This document shows, piece by piece, positions 14,577 to 22,237 of a DNA stretch of 32,000 nucleotides. The notes under the pieces were generated by a model. The model was given only the letters and a program-made list of their open reading frames with translations. It did no database searches and was not told the origin of the DNA. The stretch is from Candidatus Nitrospira inopinata. Its GTDB lineage: Bacteria > Nitrospirota > Nitrospiria > Nitrospirales > Nitrospiraceae. The stretch spans positions 1,950,001 through 1,982,000 of the forward strand of contig NZ_LN885086.1 of assembly GCF_001458695.1 (NCBI RefSeq), in the 5' to 3' direction. The translations under genes were made by a program, and so were the position numbers. Positions within the stretch are counted from its first letter, which is position 1; every line of letters starts with the position of its first letter.

Positions 14577-15911
14577 TTACTTTCCGTAGAGTGTAGCTGC
14601 GGAGGCATCGAAGATGTCTTTGGTGGTCAACGTGCCGGGCTCAAAAGGGTCGGTCCCCTTCTCCCATACGACGGTGATGTTCCCATCCGTTCTTCCCATT
14701 CCTTGAGTGGGAGATTTGGTGGCATTCCGTTCCACCAGCACCTCGACGTGTTTTCCGATATATCTGCGGTTGCGCTCAAGACTGATCCGCCGCTGGATGT
14801 CCACCAACGTCGCCACGCGGGCCCCTTTGACCTGATCGGGAACGTCGTCCGGGTATTTTCTGGCGGCGATGGTGTGTTTGCGCTCGGAATACTTGAAGAT
14901 GTAGGCGGACTCAAATTGAATCCGTTCCACCACCCGTTGGGTCTCCAGAAAATCGTCGTCCGACTCCGAACAGAACCCGCAAATGATGTCCGTCGTGAGG
15001 GTGACGGCGGGAATGAGCGTTCTTATTCGCTCCACGAGCGCCAGATATTCCCCGGCCGAGTACGTTCGGCCCATCAGCTCCAGGATACGGTCGCTTCCCG
15101 ATTGAAGCGGGAGGTGGATGTGTTTGCAAATCTTCGGATGGGTGGCGATGGCCTGAAGCAACGCGGGGGGAAAGTCCTTGGGATGGGGCGAGGTGAAACG
15201 AACTCGATGGATGCCGGGAGTATCCGCCACTGCGCCGATCAAGCGGGCAAAATCCCAGTTTCCGTACCGGTAGGAATTGACGTTTTGTCCCAACAGAGTG
15301 ATCTGGGTGAAGCCGCGGGCCGCCGCGTCGCGCGCCTCGGTCAGGATGGACTCCGGATCGCGCGATCGCTCTCGTCCCCTCGTGTAGGGGACGACGCAGA
15401 ACGAACAAAAGTTGTCGCAGCCCCGCATGACGGTAATCCAGGCGTTGACCCCGTCGTTTCGATCCGGGAGGATCCCTTCATAGGTTTCGTACTCCGAGAG
15501 ATCAAGCGCAAAGCCCCTTTGAGCGAATCCCTGCTCCTGAGCGGCCAGGGCGTTTGAAAGCAACAGGGGAAGCTCTCGATAGGCGTCCGGTCCGGCCAAG
15601 ATGTCGATGAGCGGTTCTTGCCGGGCCAGTTCGCTCTTCAGATTCTGCGCCATACAGCCCAAAACGCCGATCACCAGAGGACGTCGCTTCTTGATCTCCT
15701 TGAGCTCCGTCAGATGCGCGTAAATCTTGTTGTGGGCGTTCTCGCGGATGGCGCAGGTATTGACCAGAAGCACGTCGGCCCGTTCACGATCCGGCGTGAA
15801 CGAGAACCCCTCGCGCTTTAGCAGGGCGCGGACCAGCTCGCTGTCCGACTCGTTCATCTGGCAGCCGAAGGTCTCGATGTGGACCAGGCGGGGCAAGGGG
15901 GTCGCCGTCAT
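14577..15911 (-). CDS. miaB: tRNA-2-methylthio-N6-dimethylallyladenosine synthase MiaB (radical SAM methylthiotransferase)
   Basis: VHIETFGCQMNESDSE marks the UPF0004 domain. The radical SAM motif is CDNFCSFCVVPYTRGRERSR. A C-terminal TRAM-like region is present. The start at ATG 15911 overlaps the upstream stop (ATGA at 15908-15911). Confidence 0.92.
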   Translation of the reverse strand: MTATPLPRLVHIETFGCQMNESDSELVRALLKREGFSFTPDRERADVLLVNTCAIRENAHNKIYAHLTELKEIKKRRPLVIGVLGCMAQNLKSELARQEPLIDILAGPDAYRELPLLLSNALAAQEQGFAQRGFALDLSEYETYEGILPDRNDGVNAWITVMRGCDNFCSFCVVPYTRGRERSRDPESILTEARDAAARGFTQITLLGQNVNSYRYGNWDFARLIGAVADTPGIHRVRFTSPHPKDFPPALLQAIATHPKICKHIHLPLQSGSDRILELMGRTYSAGEYLALVERIRTLIPAVTLTTDIICGFCSESDDDFLETQRVVERIQFESAYIFKYSERKHTIAARKYPDDVPDQVKGARVATLVDIQRRISLERNRRYIGKHVEVLVERNATKSPTQGMGRTDGNITVVWEKGTDPFEPGTLTTKDIFDASAATLYGK

Positions 15912-17245
15912 GGTTGTATCACAAGGTTTGGGGGCCGCTGCGGAACAGCGACCTGTCCCATGACCCAACGGTCCGTTGCGGCCGTGATGGTGACCGGCTT
16001 GATCTGATTATGAAGGTCATCGGTGTCGGCGACGGCTACTTTCGTGAAGTTCGGCGTGGTACCGTGTCGGAGACCATCCTGAACGCCCGTTTCAAAGAGA
16101 ACGGGGACCGTCGTTCCAATCTGCCGGTGATGGAATGCGAGCTGCTTTATGCGCCCGATGTCGCGGAGGACGTCGACGCGCTTGCGGATGATCGAAGGCG
16201 ACACGGCTCGCTGCATGCGGGCTGCGGCGGTTCCCGGCCTCGGCGAATAGGGAAATACATGGAGATAAGAAAAAGGCAGATCCGTCGCGACCGAGACGGT
16301 ATTGCGAAACGCCGCCTCGGTTTCTCCGGGGAAGCCCGCCATCAGGTCGGTCCCCAGCCCGAGTCGAGGGATTTTGGCGACGGCCCGCTCGATCAAATCG
16401 ACGTAAGCCTTGACCGTATGGCGGCGGTTCATGGCGTTCAGGACGCCGTCGTCTCCGCTCTGCAAGGGGACATGGAGCGAGGGGCACAGTTTCGAAGATC
16501 CGGCCAGGAGATCCAGCAACTCGTCGCCGACGGTCGTGGGTTCGATCGACGAAATCCGGATACGGTCGATGCCGTCGACTTGGTCAAGACGCCGGAGCAA
16601 CGAGCAAAAATCTCGGCCGTCGTGAACGTACCGTCCGATGTTCACGCCGGTCAGCACGATCTCCCGATAGCCGCGTGCGGCCAGGCCGGTCGCCTCTTCC
16701 AGAATGTCCTCGAGTCTTCTGCTCCGCTCGTGCCCTCGCGAAAACGGAATGATGCAAAAGCTGCACATGACGTTACAGCCGTCCTGGATCTTGAGGGGCG
16801 CTCTGGTTGAATCCGGCTCGCCGAAGTAAGGAAGATCGAAGTCTTGGCGCGATAGCGTCTTTGTATGGAGAATTTCCGGCGAACGGCGTTTCTCCAACGC
16901 ATCGGCCGGGGGCAGGTACGCCGGCAGATCCAGCTTGAATTGGTTGCCGACGACCAAGTCGATGCCGGCCTCGCGGGTGAGCCGCTCCAAGCCTATTTGA
17001 GCGTAACAGCCGGTCACGGCAATGAACGCATGGGGGGAATGTTTGAGGGTTTTGCGGATCAGATACCGCGACGTGCGTTCGGCGTCCTCCGTCACCGCGC
17101 AGGTGTTGAGCACGAGCAGGTCGGTCGGCCGGCCGAACTCCACCAACTCAAACCCCTTTCGGCGAAGTCCTTCCCCCAACACTGCCGACTCCGCGAGGTT
17201 CAATCGGCACCCCAACGTATGGAGCGATGCCCGGCGACTTGTCAT
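15908..17245 (-). CDS. mtaB: MtaB-like threonylcarbamoyladenosine tRNA methylthiotransferase (radical SAM)
   Basis: Motifs present are SLHTLGCRLNLAESA and CNVMCSFCIIPFSRGHERSR. The start is set at MTSRRASLHTLGC (17245). The longer ORF extension runs into the upstream pseudogene remnant. Confidence 0.85.
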   Translation of the reverse strand: MTSRRASLHTLGCRLNLAESAVLGEGLRRKGFELVEFGRPTDLLVLNTCAVTEDAERTSRYLIRKTLKHSPHAFIAVTGCYAQIGLERLTREAGIDLVVGNQFKLDLPAYLPPADALEKRRSPEILHTKTLSRQDFDLPYFGEPDSTRAPLKIQDGCNVMCSFCIIPFSRGHERSRRLEDILEEATGLAARGYREIVLTGVNIGRYVHDGRDFCSLLRRLDQVDGIDRIRISSIEPTTVGDELLDLLAGSSKLCPSLHVPLQSGDDGVLNAMNRRHTVKAYVDLIERAVAKIPRLGLGTDLMAGFPGETEAAFRNTVSVATDLPFSYLHVFPYSPRPGTAAARMQRAVSPSIIRKRVDVLRDIGRIKQLAFHHRQIGTTVPVLFETGVQDGLRHGTTPNFTKVAVADTDDLHNQIKPVTITAATDRWVMGQVAVPQRPPNLVIQP

Positions 17246-17329
17246 AAGACGAGCATTATAGAGACGGCGCTCCCGTTTGGGCAAGCTCGTGGAAGCGAGG
17301 GGTTTGGCGTGCATGTCAGCCTCGGCTCC

Positions 17330-17720
17330 GTCGGGCATAGGTGGCAAGCCCCGCCAGAGGGCGGCGCCGAACAGATACCAGGCCGCCGGCAGGGCACCGG
17401 CTTAAGACGCACCAGCCAGGCCTCCGCCTGGCCATTGGGATTGAAGCCATATCCCACAATCGCTTGCCCGTTGGGAGAAATGGCCGTGGCGTGTGTCAAG
17501 CACTAGCCGGTGAGGGAAGAGCCAGGCCATAGTCGGTGGTCAAGACGTCGAAGAGGGACCTCATGCCGTGCGCTTGATCCCATAAAAGGCCTTAAACCCA
17601 TTGGCGGAATCGCTCTACCCCACGATCACGGTCCCATCAATGGAAACTCGAGGACCTGCAATCAGCGACTTTTTCGACCGGCAGTAACCGCAACTGACAG
17701 GCTCGCTGACCGGAATTAGC
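17330..17720 (-). pseudogene. Decayed 3' part of a HAF-repeat / PEP-CTERM protein gene
   Basis: The minus-strand translation needs at least 2 frame changes and crosses at least 3 stops. It reads VSIDGTVIVG*SDSANGFKAFYG, then GMRSLFDVLTTDYGL, then LTG*CLTHATAISPNGQAIVGYGFNPNGQAEAWLV, then KPVP and (in another frame) AWYLFGAALWRGL. These are the HAF repeat and PEP-CTERM patterns. Confidence 0.55.
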
Positions 17721-18123
17721 TGCTACCGAACCAAGAATCCATCGGGCGGGCCTGTAATCCTTCGCCGTGGACCGGGATTATTGCAATTCATCCAGATAAG
17801 GTCAGATCGGGAGTTCGGTCCTGCAGTTCACTGGCGTGGATCGGGTCGAGTTGATTGGGAACAGGGCTTTTCGACTTCGCGAAATTTCTGCACAGCCGCG
17901 TCGGTGTTTCGCTGCCATTGCCGACAACGTGCCCTGCATCCGTCCCCGAGCTGGTCGAGATACCGGAGCCTCTCGTAATCCCACGCCCCGAAGAGTAGGT
18001 CCGTGGTCAAAGGGGTCAAACGCCTGGCCCAAACCTATCCCCTGCTCGATAAGAGCAAGATGCTCAACGACATCTCGGCGCCGGTGATGCAGCACGTCAT
18101 CCAAGGTCGCGATGCCATGGAAG

Positions 18124-19188
18124 TCATCGACGAGCTTGAGATCGTGTTTCAGCGCCATTACGCGCGGTTGAGGAAAACGAATTGCACTCGGGCTGCGCGT
18201 TAGCCGGGTTCCGTTTTCGTCGTGCTATGCCGATCATTCCGACCAGTCCTGACCCGAACAGCCAGATTGCGGCGGGCACGGGCACAGCTGGCGCAAATCC
18301 AGGATAGGCGTAACCGTTCGCCGAGGTGTAGTTGTAGCCGCCATCGACGCGGATGCCGAGATAGGCCGAGTTCACGGACGAAACATAAGCACTGCCGCAG
18401 TTGCTGCCGAAATCGCAGGCACCGCCGCCACTGATCGAGATGGCGAAGTCGAACGGTTGTGCCCCGCTGCCGAAAATGACGGGAATCGAAAAAGAAGTTT
18501 CGAACACGCCGGGGATGGCGGAACCCGAGTCGCCGCCGCCCATGATGTCCGACCAACCATAATTGGAATAATTGGTGATATTGTTCTCGGCATCGCGCGT
18601 GGACTGACGCGTGGCATCAAAACTGAACAGCAATTGATTATAATCGCAGATATTGCCGTCGCAGCTCCGGGTAAGAATCGAGTAATTGAAGTCGGAATAG
18701 GCGGCTGCACCCGCCAAGTCGTCGAGCGTGGCATGCAACGACAGATCGATATGGACATCGAAAGTCACTGTGCCGACTCCTAAGAGTCCTGCGCGACTGA
18801 TCGAGTCCGTCATGCTCATGTCGACACTGCCGCTCCCGCCGCCGATTTCGCCTGCATACAACTGAAAATGTCCCGCTCCGGCGTCCATTTCCGCCTGGGC
18901 GAATCCAAATGGTGAGATGACCCCGCTAAAACAGTTAGGACCGATGCTGGGAAGGCAGGGATGGCCTCCCGGCATTACATGGGCCGTCCCGCCAACTGCG
19001 TCTCCGTGTAGGATCAATGCGCCCGGAGCATTGAGTAATAAGGCGTCCGATGCTTCGTTAGTGGAAACCGACATGGACAGACTGGCCGAGGCCGGATTCG
19101 GTACCAGCGCCCCACACAACATGAGCATGGCTACCGACAGGCGGACGGACCGGTTGTGTTTCTGAAGAAACATTGAGCTGCTATTCAT
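18124..19188 (-). CDS. PEP-CTERM sorting-domain secreted protein (354 aa)
   Basis: A signal peptide is present (SVRLSVAMLMLCGALVPNPASA). The body is Gly/Ser/Asp-rich. VPVPAAIWLFGSGLVGMIGIARRKR is a canonical PEP-CTERM signal, but 28 further residues follow it. Confidence 0.85.
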   Translation of the reverse strand: MNSSSMFLQKHNRSVRLSVAMLMLCGALVPNPASASLSMSVSTNEASDALLLNAPGALILHGDAVGGTAHVMPGGHPCLPSIGPNCFSGVISPFGFAQAEMDAGAGHFQLYAGEIGGGSGSVDMSMTDSISRAGLLGVGTVTFDVHIDLSLHATLDDLAGAAAYSDFNYSILTRSCDGNICDYNQLLFSFDATRQSTRDAENNITNYSNYGWSDIMGGGDSGSAIPGVFETSFSIPVIFGSGAQPFDFAISISGGGACDFGSNCGSAYVSSVNSAYLGIRVDGGYNYTSANGYAYPGFAPAVPVPAAIWLFGSGLVGMIGIARRKRNPANAQPECNSFSSTARNGAETRSQARR

Positions 19189-19570
19189 AAATTCCCTTTC
19201 AATTGGTTAAAAGAACAATAAATTCAATTTGTTTTGGCGCTCATTGCGGAGAAATGATGCATCCAGGCGTTACGCCTGGACTTACGCCTCACAGATGATC
19301 CGATTCCCTCGACGCTCCTCCGTGCAGCTCATTTCCACTCCCGTCACATCCGCTCCAAACATCTCCGCTCATGCTCCGCCCTTTTTTATGGTAGGTAGTA
19401 GGTAGATGGTGAAGGCACGCTGGTGATCATGATGGCCTGTGTCTGAGCCGAACTCATCCCACCCTTCTAGCCATGGCCCCAGCTTGATCCTGCCGGCCCG
19501 GCCTGGTTCGGCCTGACAAACCAGCCGATTTTATAGCCCCCTTACCGTTAGGAAGTCAAACTCTTCAAAA

Positions 19571-19593
19571 GGGGGGAAGGGTGAGGGGGAGGG
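19571..19593. repeat. G-tract element, copy 2 (GGGGGG-AA-GGG-TGA-GGGGG-A-GGG)
   Basis: See copy 1. It lies in the divergent region between the PEP-CTERM gene and the 19704 gene, immediately upstream of a TGGTAAAAT extended -10 (19605-13). Confidence 0.7.
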
Positions 19594-19703
19594 CATGGTA
19601 AACATGGTAAAATGGGCAGCCGTTTGAAATTTCATCGGCTGCTTGTTCCGTGTTCCGGAAAGAAGCTTTGTCCTCATAGAAGAAAGGCTGCTGAGAAAAA
19701 ACA

Positions 19704-20120
19704 GTGTTTCGATTGGTTGTCACACTTGCCCTGTGGGGCGTTTTGCTTTCCGGCATGGAGAGTGGATGGGGGTCGTCGGCCCTGGCTGCAGATCAGCTTC
19801 CCGTCGAGCCGGACGTGGGCACCCGCCTGGATGAGCTGTATGACCATGAGGCCCGGCTCTTTATTGCGCTCTATTCTCTGGCCGGTGACGGCCGGATCGA
19901 CTATGTGACGGCCCGAGTGGTTCGGGAATATGCCCGCAGCGCCTATGGAAATCCCGTCTACCAGACGGAGGCTCAGCCCATCTTTTATTGGTGGAACCAC
20001 ACGATGTGGAACGATCCCGAGCAGGACGGAGTCAACGGCAACGAACGGGTCTATCAAGAGAACACGGATTTTGATATTTCCCGCTATAAGCCCTGCTCGT
20101 TCAACGGGCAGTCCTGCTGA
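19704..20120 (+). CDS. Secreted hypothetical protein (138 aa)
   Basis: GTG start. The signal peptide is MFRLVVTLALWGVLLSGMESGWGSSALAA. The mature part is Trp/Tyr-rich and ends in CSFNGQSC. The RBS is weak. Confidence 0.55.
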   Translation: MFRLVVTLALWGVLLSGMESGWGSSALAADQLPVEPDVGTRLDELYDHEARLFIALYSLAGDGRIDYVTARVVREYARSAYGNPVYQTEAQPIFYWWNHTMWNDPEQDGVNGNERVYQENTDFDISRYKPCSFNGQSC

Positions 20121-20238
20121 TCCGCAGCCGTTTCCGAACGTATTTCCCCTTACACATTTCGAGATTCTGCTGAAGAACCGCGGCGGCGATGATATGCTCC
20201 CCCGTACGTATGGGCTCGTTTGACGCGAGTGCTGCTTC

Positions 20239-21501
20239 GTGACCGACTCCACTTTCCAGTCTCGCTTCATCAATCGGCGTCTCGCCGTGATGTTGCCGTT
20301 GGGCTTCGTTTCGGGGCTCCCGCTTGCCCTGACCGCCGGTACCTTACAAGCCTGGCTGACGGTGGAAGGCGTCGATCTCAAAACGATCGGCGTGTTTACG
20401 CTGGTCGGTCTCCCCTATACGCTGAAATTTCTCTGGGCTCCACTTATGGATCGGGTCGTTCCCCCCTGGTTTGGGCGGCGCCGCGGATGGATGGTATTGA
20501 CGCAATCCTGCGTCGCGGCCGGGTTGGCCTTGATGGCGGCGACCGGTCCGCGCGATCATCCCGAGACGTTGGCGGTCCTGGCGCTTTTGGTGGCGTTTTT
20601 CTCTGCCTCGTTGGACATCGTCTTCGACGCCTACCGCACGGAGACGCTTCATCCCCATGAGCGGGGGTTGGGCGCGGCGGTCTGGGTCAACGGGTACCGA
20701 ATGGCGCTGTTGGTCGCCGGCGCTGGCGCCTTGATGTTGGCCGACGTTGTCGGCTGGCAAGCGACCTATCTGGTCATGGCGGCCGTCATGGCGGCGGGGC
20801 TTGTCGCGATCGTGGTGAGCCCGGAACCGATTCGGCTCGCCGATCCTCCAAAGAGTCTCGCCGAGGCCGTGGGCGCTCCCGTGAGAGAATTCTTCTCCAG
20901 GCCCCAAGCGGTGGGATTCTTGGCTGTGGTCGTGTTGTACAAACTCGGCGATGCCTTCGCGTCCTCGCTCCAGACCGCGTTTCTCATCGGAGGAGTCGGT
21001 TTCTCGTCCGTGGAAGTCGGGACGGTGAAGGGGGTCGGGATCTTCGCCACGCTCGTTGGCGCTTTACTCGGAGGAGCGATGATGACGAGGATGAGCCTCG
21101 TTTCCTCGCTCTTGCTCTTTGGCTTGTTGCAAGCGGTGTCGAATCTGGGATTTGCCGTCGTGGCCCTGATGGAAAAAAGCGCCGCCGTCCTGACGGCGGC
21201 GGTCGTGGTCGAAAACGTGACGGGTGGAATGGGGACGGCCGCCTTTGTGGCGTTGGTGATGTCGCTGTGCGATCCGCGCTACACGGCGACCCAATTCGCG
21301 CTGCTGTCGTCTCTTGAGGCGTTGGGGCGAGTCTTCGCGGGTCGTCCGTCCGCCGGTCTTGTGGAGGCGGTCGGATGGGCGGAGTTCTTTGTCCTAACCT
21401 TTGCGGTGGCTTTGCCGGGTCTCTTGGCGGTTTGGTCTCTCAGGCGTCACATCGAGCCGGAAGAAAGGAACGACGTTCCTGGCTTGCCCCGCGCCGTATG
21501 A
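20239..21501 (+). CDS. ampG: AmpG-family muropeptide MFS permease
   Basis: LGFVSGLPLALTAGTLQAWL...IGVFTLVGLPYTLKFLWAPLMDR is the AmpG N-terminal signature. The 420-aa protein is multi-TM throughout. Confidence 0.88.
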   Translation: MTDSTFQSRFINRRLAVMLPLGFVSGLPLALTAGTLQAWLTVEGVDLKTIGVFTLVGLPYTLKFLWAPLMDRVVPPWFGRRRGWMVLTQSCVAAGLALMAATGPRDHPETLAVLALLVAFFSASLDIVFDAYRTETLHPHERGLGAAVWVNGYRMALLVAGAGALMLADVVGWQATYLVMAAVMAAGLVAIVVSPEPIRLADPPKSLAEAVGAPVREFFSRPQAVGFLAVVVLYKLGDAFASSLQTAFLIGGVGFSSVEVGTVKGVGIFATLVGALLGGAMMTRMSLVSSLLLFGLLQAVSNLGFAVVALMEKSAAVLTAAVVVENVTGGMGTAAFVALVMSLCDPRYTATQFALLSSLEALGRVFAGRPSAGLVEAVGWAEFFVLTFAVALPGLLAVWSLRRHIEPEERNDVPGLPRAV

Positions 21502-21543
21502 TCTTATTCGGTTGGGCGAGCTTCGGAAAGGTCGGGGCATGAG

Positions 21544-21933
21544 ATGAGTCTTGCCCGTTTAGCTTTCTTGGTGGTGATCCTTGCCGGAGCGGTTTGGGCG
21601 GCATGGTCGAATCCGACGACGGACGACTATGTCCGGTTCGTCGAATCGGAGTTGCGCCGGGCACTCGATCGACTGGATGAACGGACTTCCGCGCGGGATC
21701 AACGGCTCATTCACGAGGTCATTCGCGCTCAGAGCAAGCAACTCATGGACGGCGTCGTTCGACCGGCCACGATTCGAAAAAATCGGGGGCTTTTCAGTTG
21801 GTATGAAACCCAGGTGGCCGGGACCAAGGTGGTCGTGCTCGGGATCGGTGGCCGGTTTGTCCCGATCAGCGGAGCGGAGGAAGCGGCAAAAACAATCGAA
21901 CGGCTGCTGCAAGAAAGGTCCTATAGGTCCTGA
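21544..21933 (+). CDS. Membrane-anchored hypothetical protein (possibly DUF4359-like)
   Basis: It has a single N-terminal TM helix (LARLAFLVVILAGAVWAAW) followed by a soluble ~100-aa domain. The family assignment is tentative and from memory. Confidence 0.6.
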   Translation: MSLARLAFLVVILAGAVWAAWSNPTTDDYVRFVESELRRALDRLDERTSARDQRLIHEVIRAQSKQLMDGVVRPATIRKNRGLFSWYETQVAGTKVVVLGIGGRFVPISGAEEAAKTIERLLQERSYRS

Positions 21934-21957
21934 TGTGCCTCGCCAACTCGGTGCTCC

Positions 21958-21966
21958 TGTGGATAA
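21958..21966 (-). promoter_or_regulatory. DnaA box (perfect TTATCCACA on the minus strand)
   Basis: TGTGGATAA at 21958-21966 is the exact reverse complement of the consensus. Confidence 0.6.
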
Positions 21967-22023
21967 CCGACTCCAATCAAGGTAAAACTCAGGATAAAAT
22001 CGGCCCTAAAACCGTAGAGCCGC

Positions 22024-22032
22024 CTATCCACA
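22024..22032 (+). promoter_or_regulatory. DnaA box (CTATCCACA, 8/9)
   Basis: One mismatch to TTATCCACA. It is inverted relative to the first box and lies about 40 nt upstream of the nrdJ -35. Confidence 0.5.
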
Positions 22033-22058
22033 GGCTACCCCCAAATTTCACAGAGACC

Positions 22059-22105
22059 CCACTATATTTAGTGTTGACAAAAAAAGTCGATAGCTATATG
22101 TAGTC
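22059..22105 (+). promoter_or_regulatory. Tandem NrdR boxes flanking and overlapping a sigma70 promoter (TTGACA at 22074-22079, TATGTA at 22097-22102) of nrdJ
   Basis: Box 1 is cCACTATATTTAGTGt (22059-22074). Box 2 is aTAGCTATATGTAGTc (about 22090-22105). Both are A/T-core palindromes resembling ACACnATATATnGTGT. Their centres are about 31-32 bp apart (three helical turns), the published NrdR operator geometry. Confidence 0.7.
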
Positions 22106-22237
22106 TCTCCACTGTTTGGCGGTCATGAAAGTGAGAGGAGGAAGAAGCTCTCATGTGTTTATGGCCAAGCTCACAGAGGACACATGCTACGTTGGCTCGC
22201 AATGCCGGGCGGTTCTGTTTCCACAAGGAGGAATCCC

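Noticed and set aside
17802-18203. Short ORFs 17802-18158(-), 17828-18019(-), 17836-18087(+), 18003-18203(+) as real genes
   Set aside because: They overlap one another and the 3' end of the PEP-CTERM gene. They have no RBS or motifs that I recognise. The + frame at 18003-18203 has coding-like G+C3, so it may be a gene remnant, but I cannot support a call.
19235-19247. Sigma54-like TGGCGC-N3-TTGC near the PEP-CTERM gene
   Set aside because: The spacer is 3 nt instead of the invariant 5 nt between the GG and GC elements. It also points away from the PEP-CTERM gene.
21934-22237. Cobalamin riboswitch or oriC upstream of nrdJ
   Set aside because: I found no B12-box-like sequence. Only two good DnaA boxes are present, with no AT-rich 13-mer array and no dnaA/dnaN nearby, so this is promoter regulation rather than an origin.
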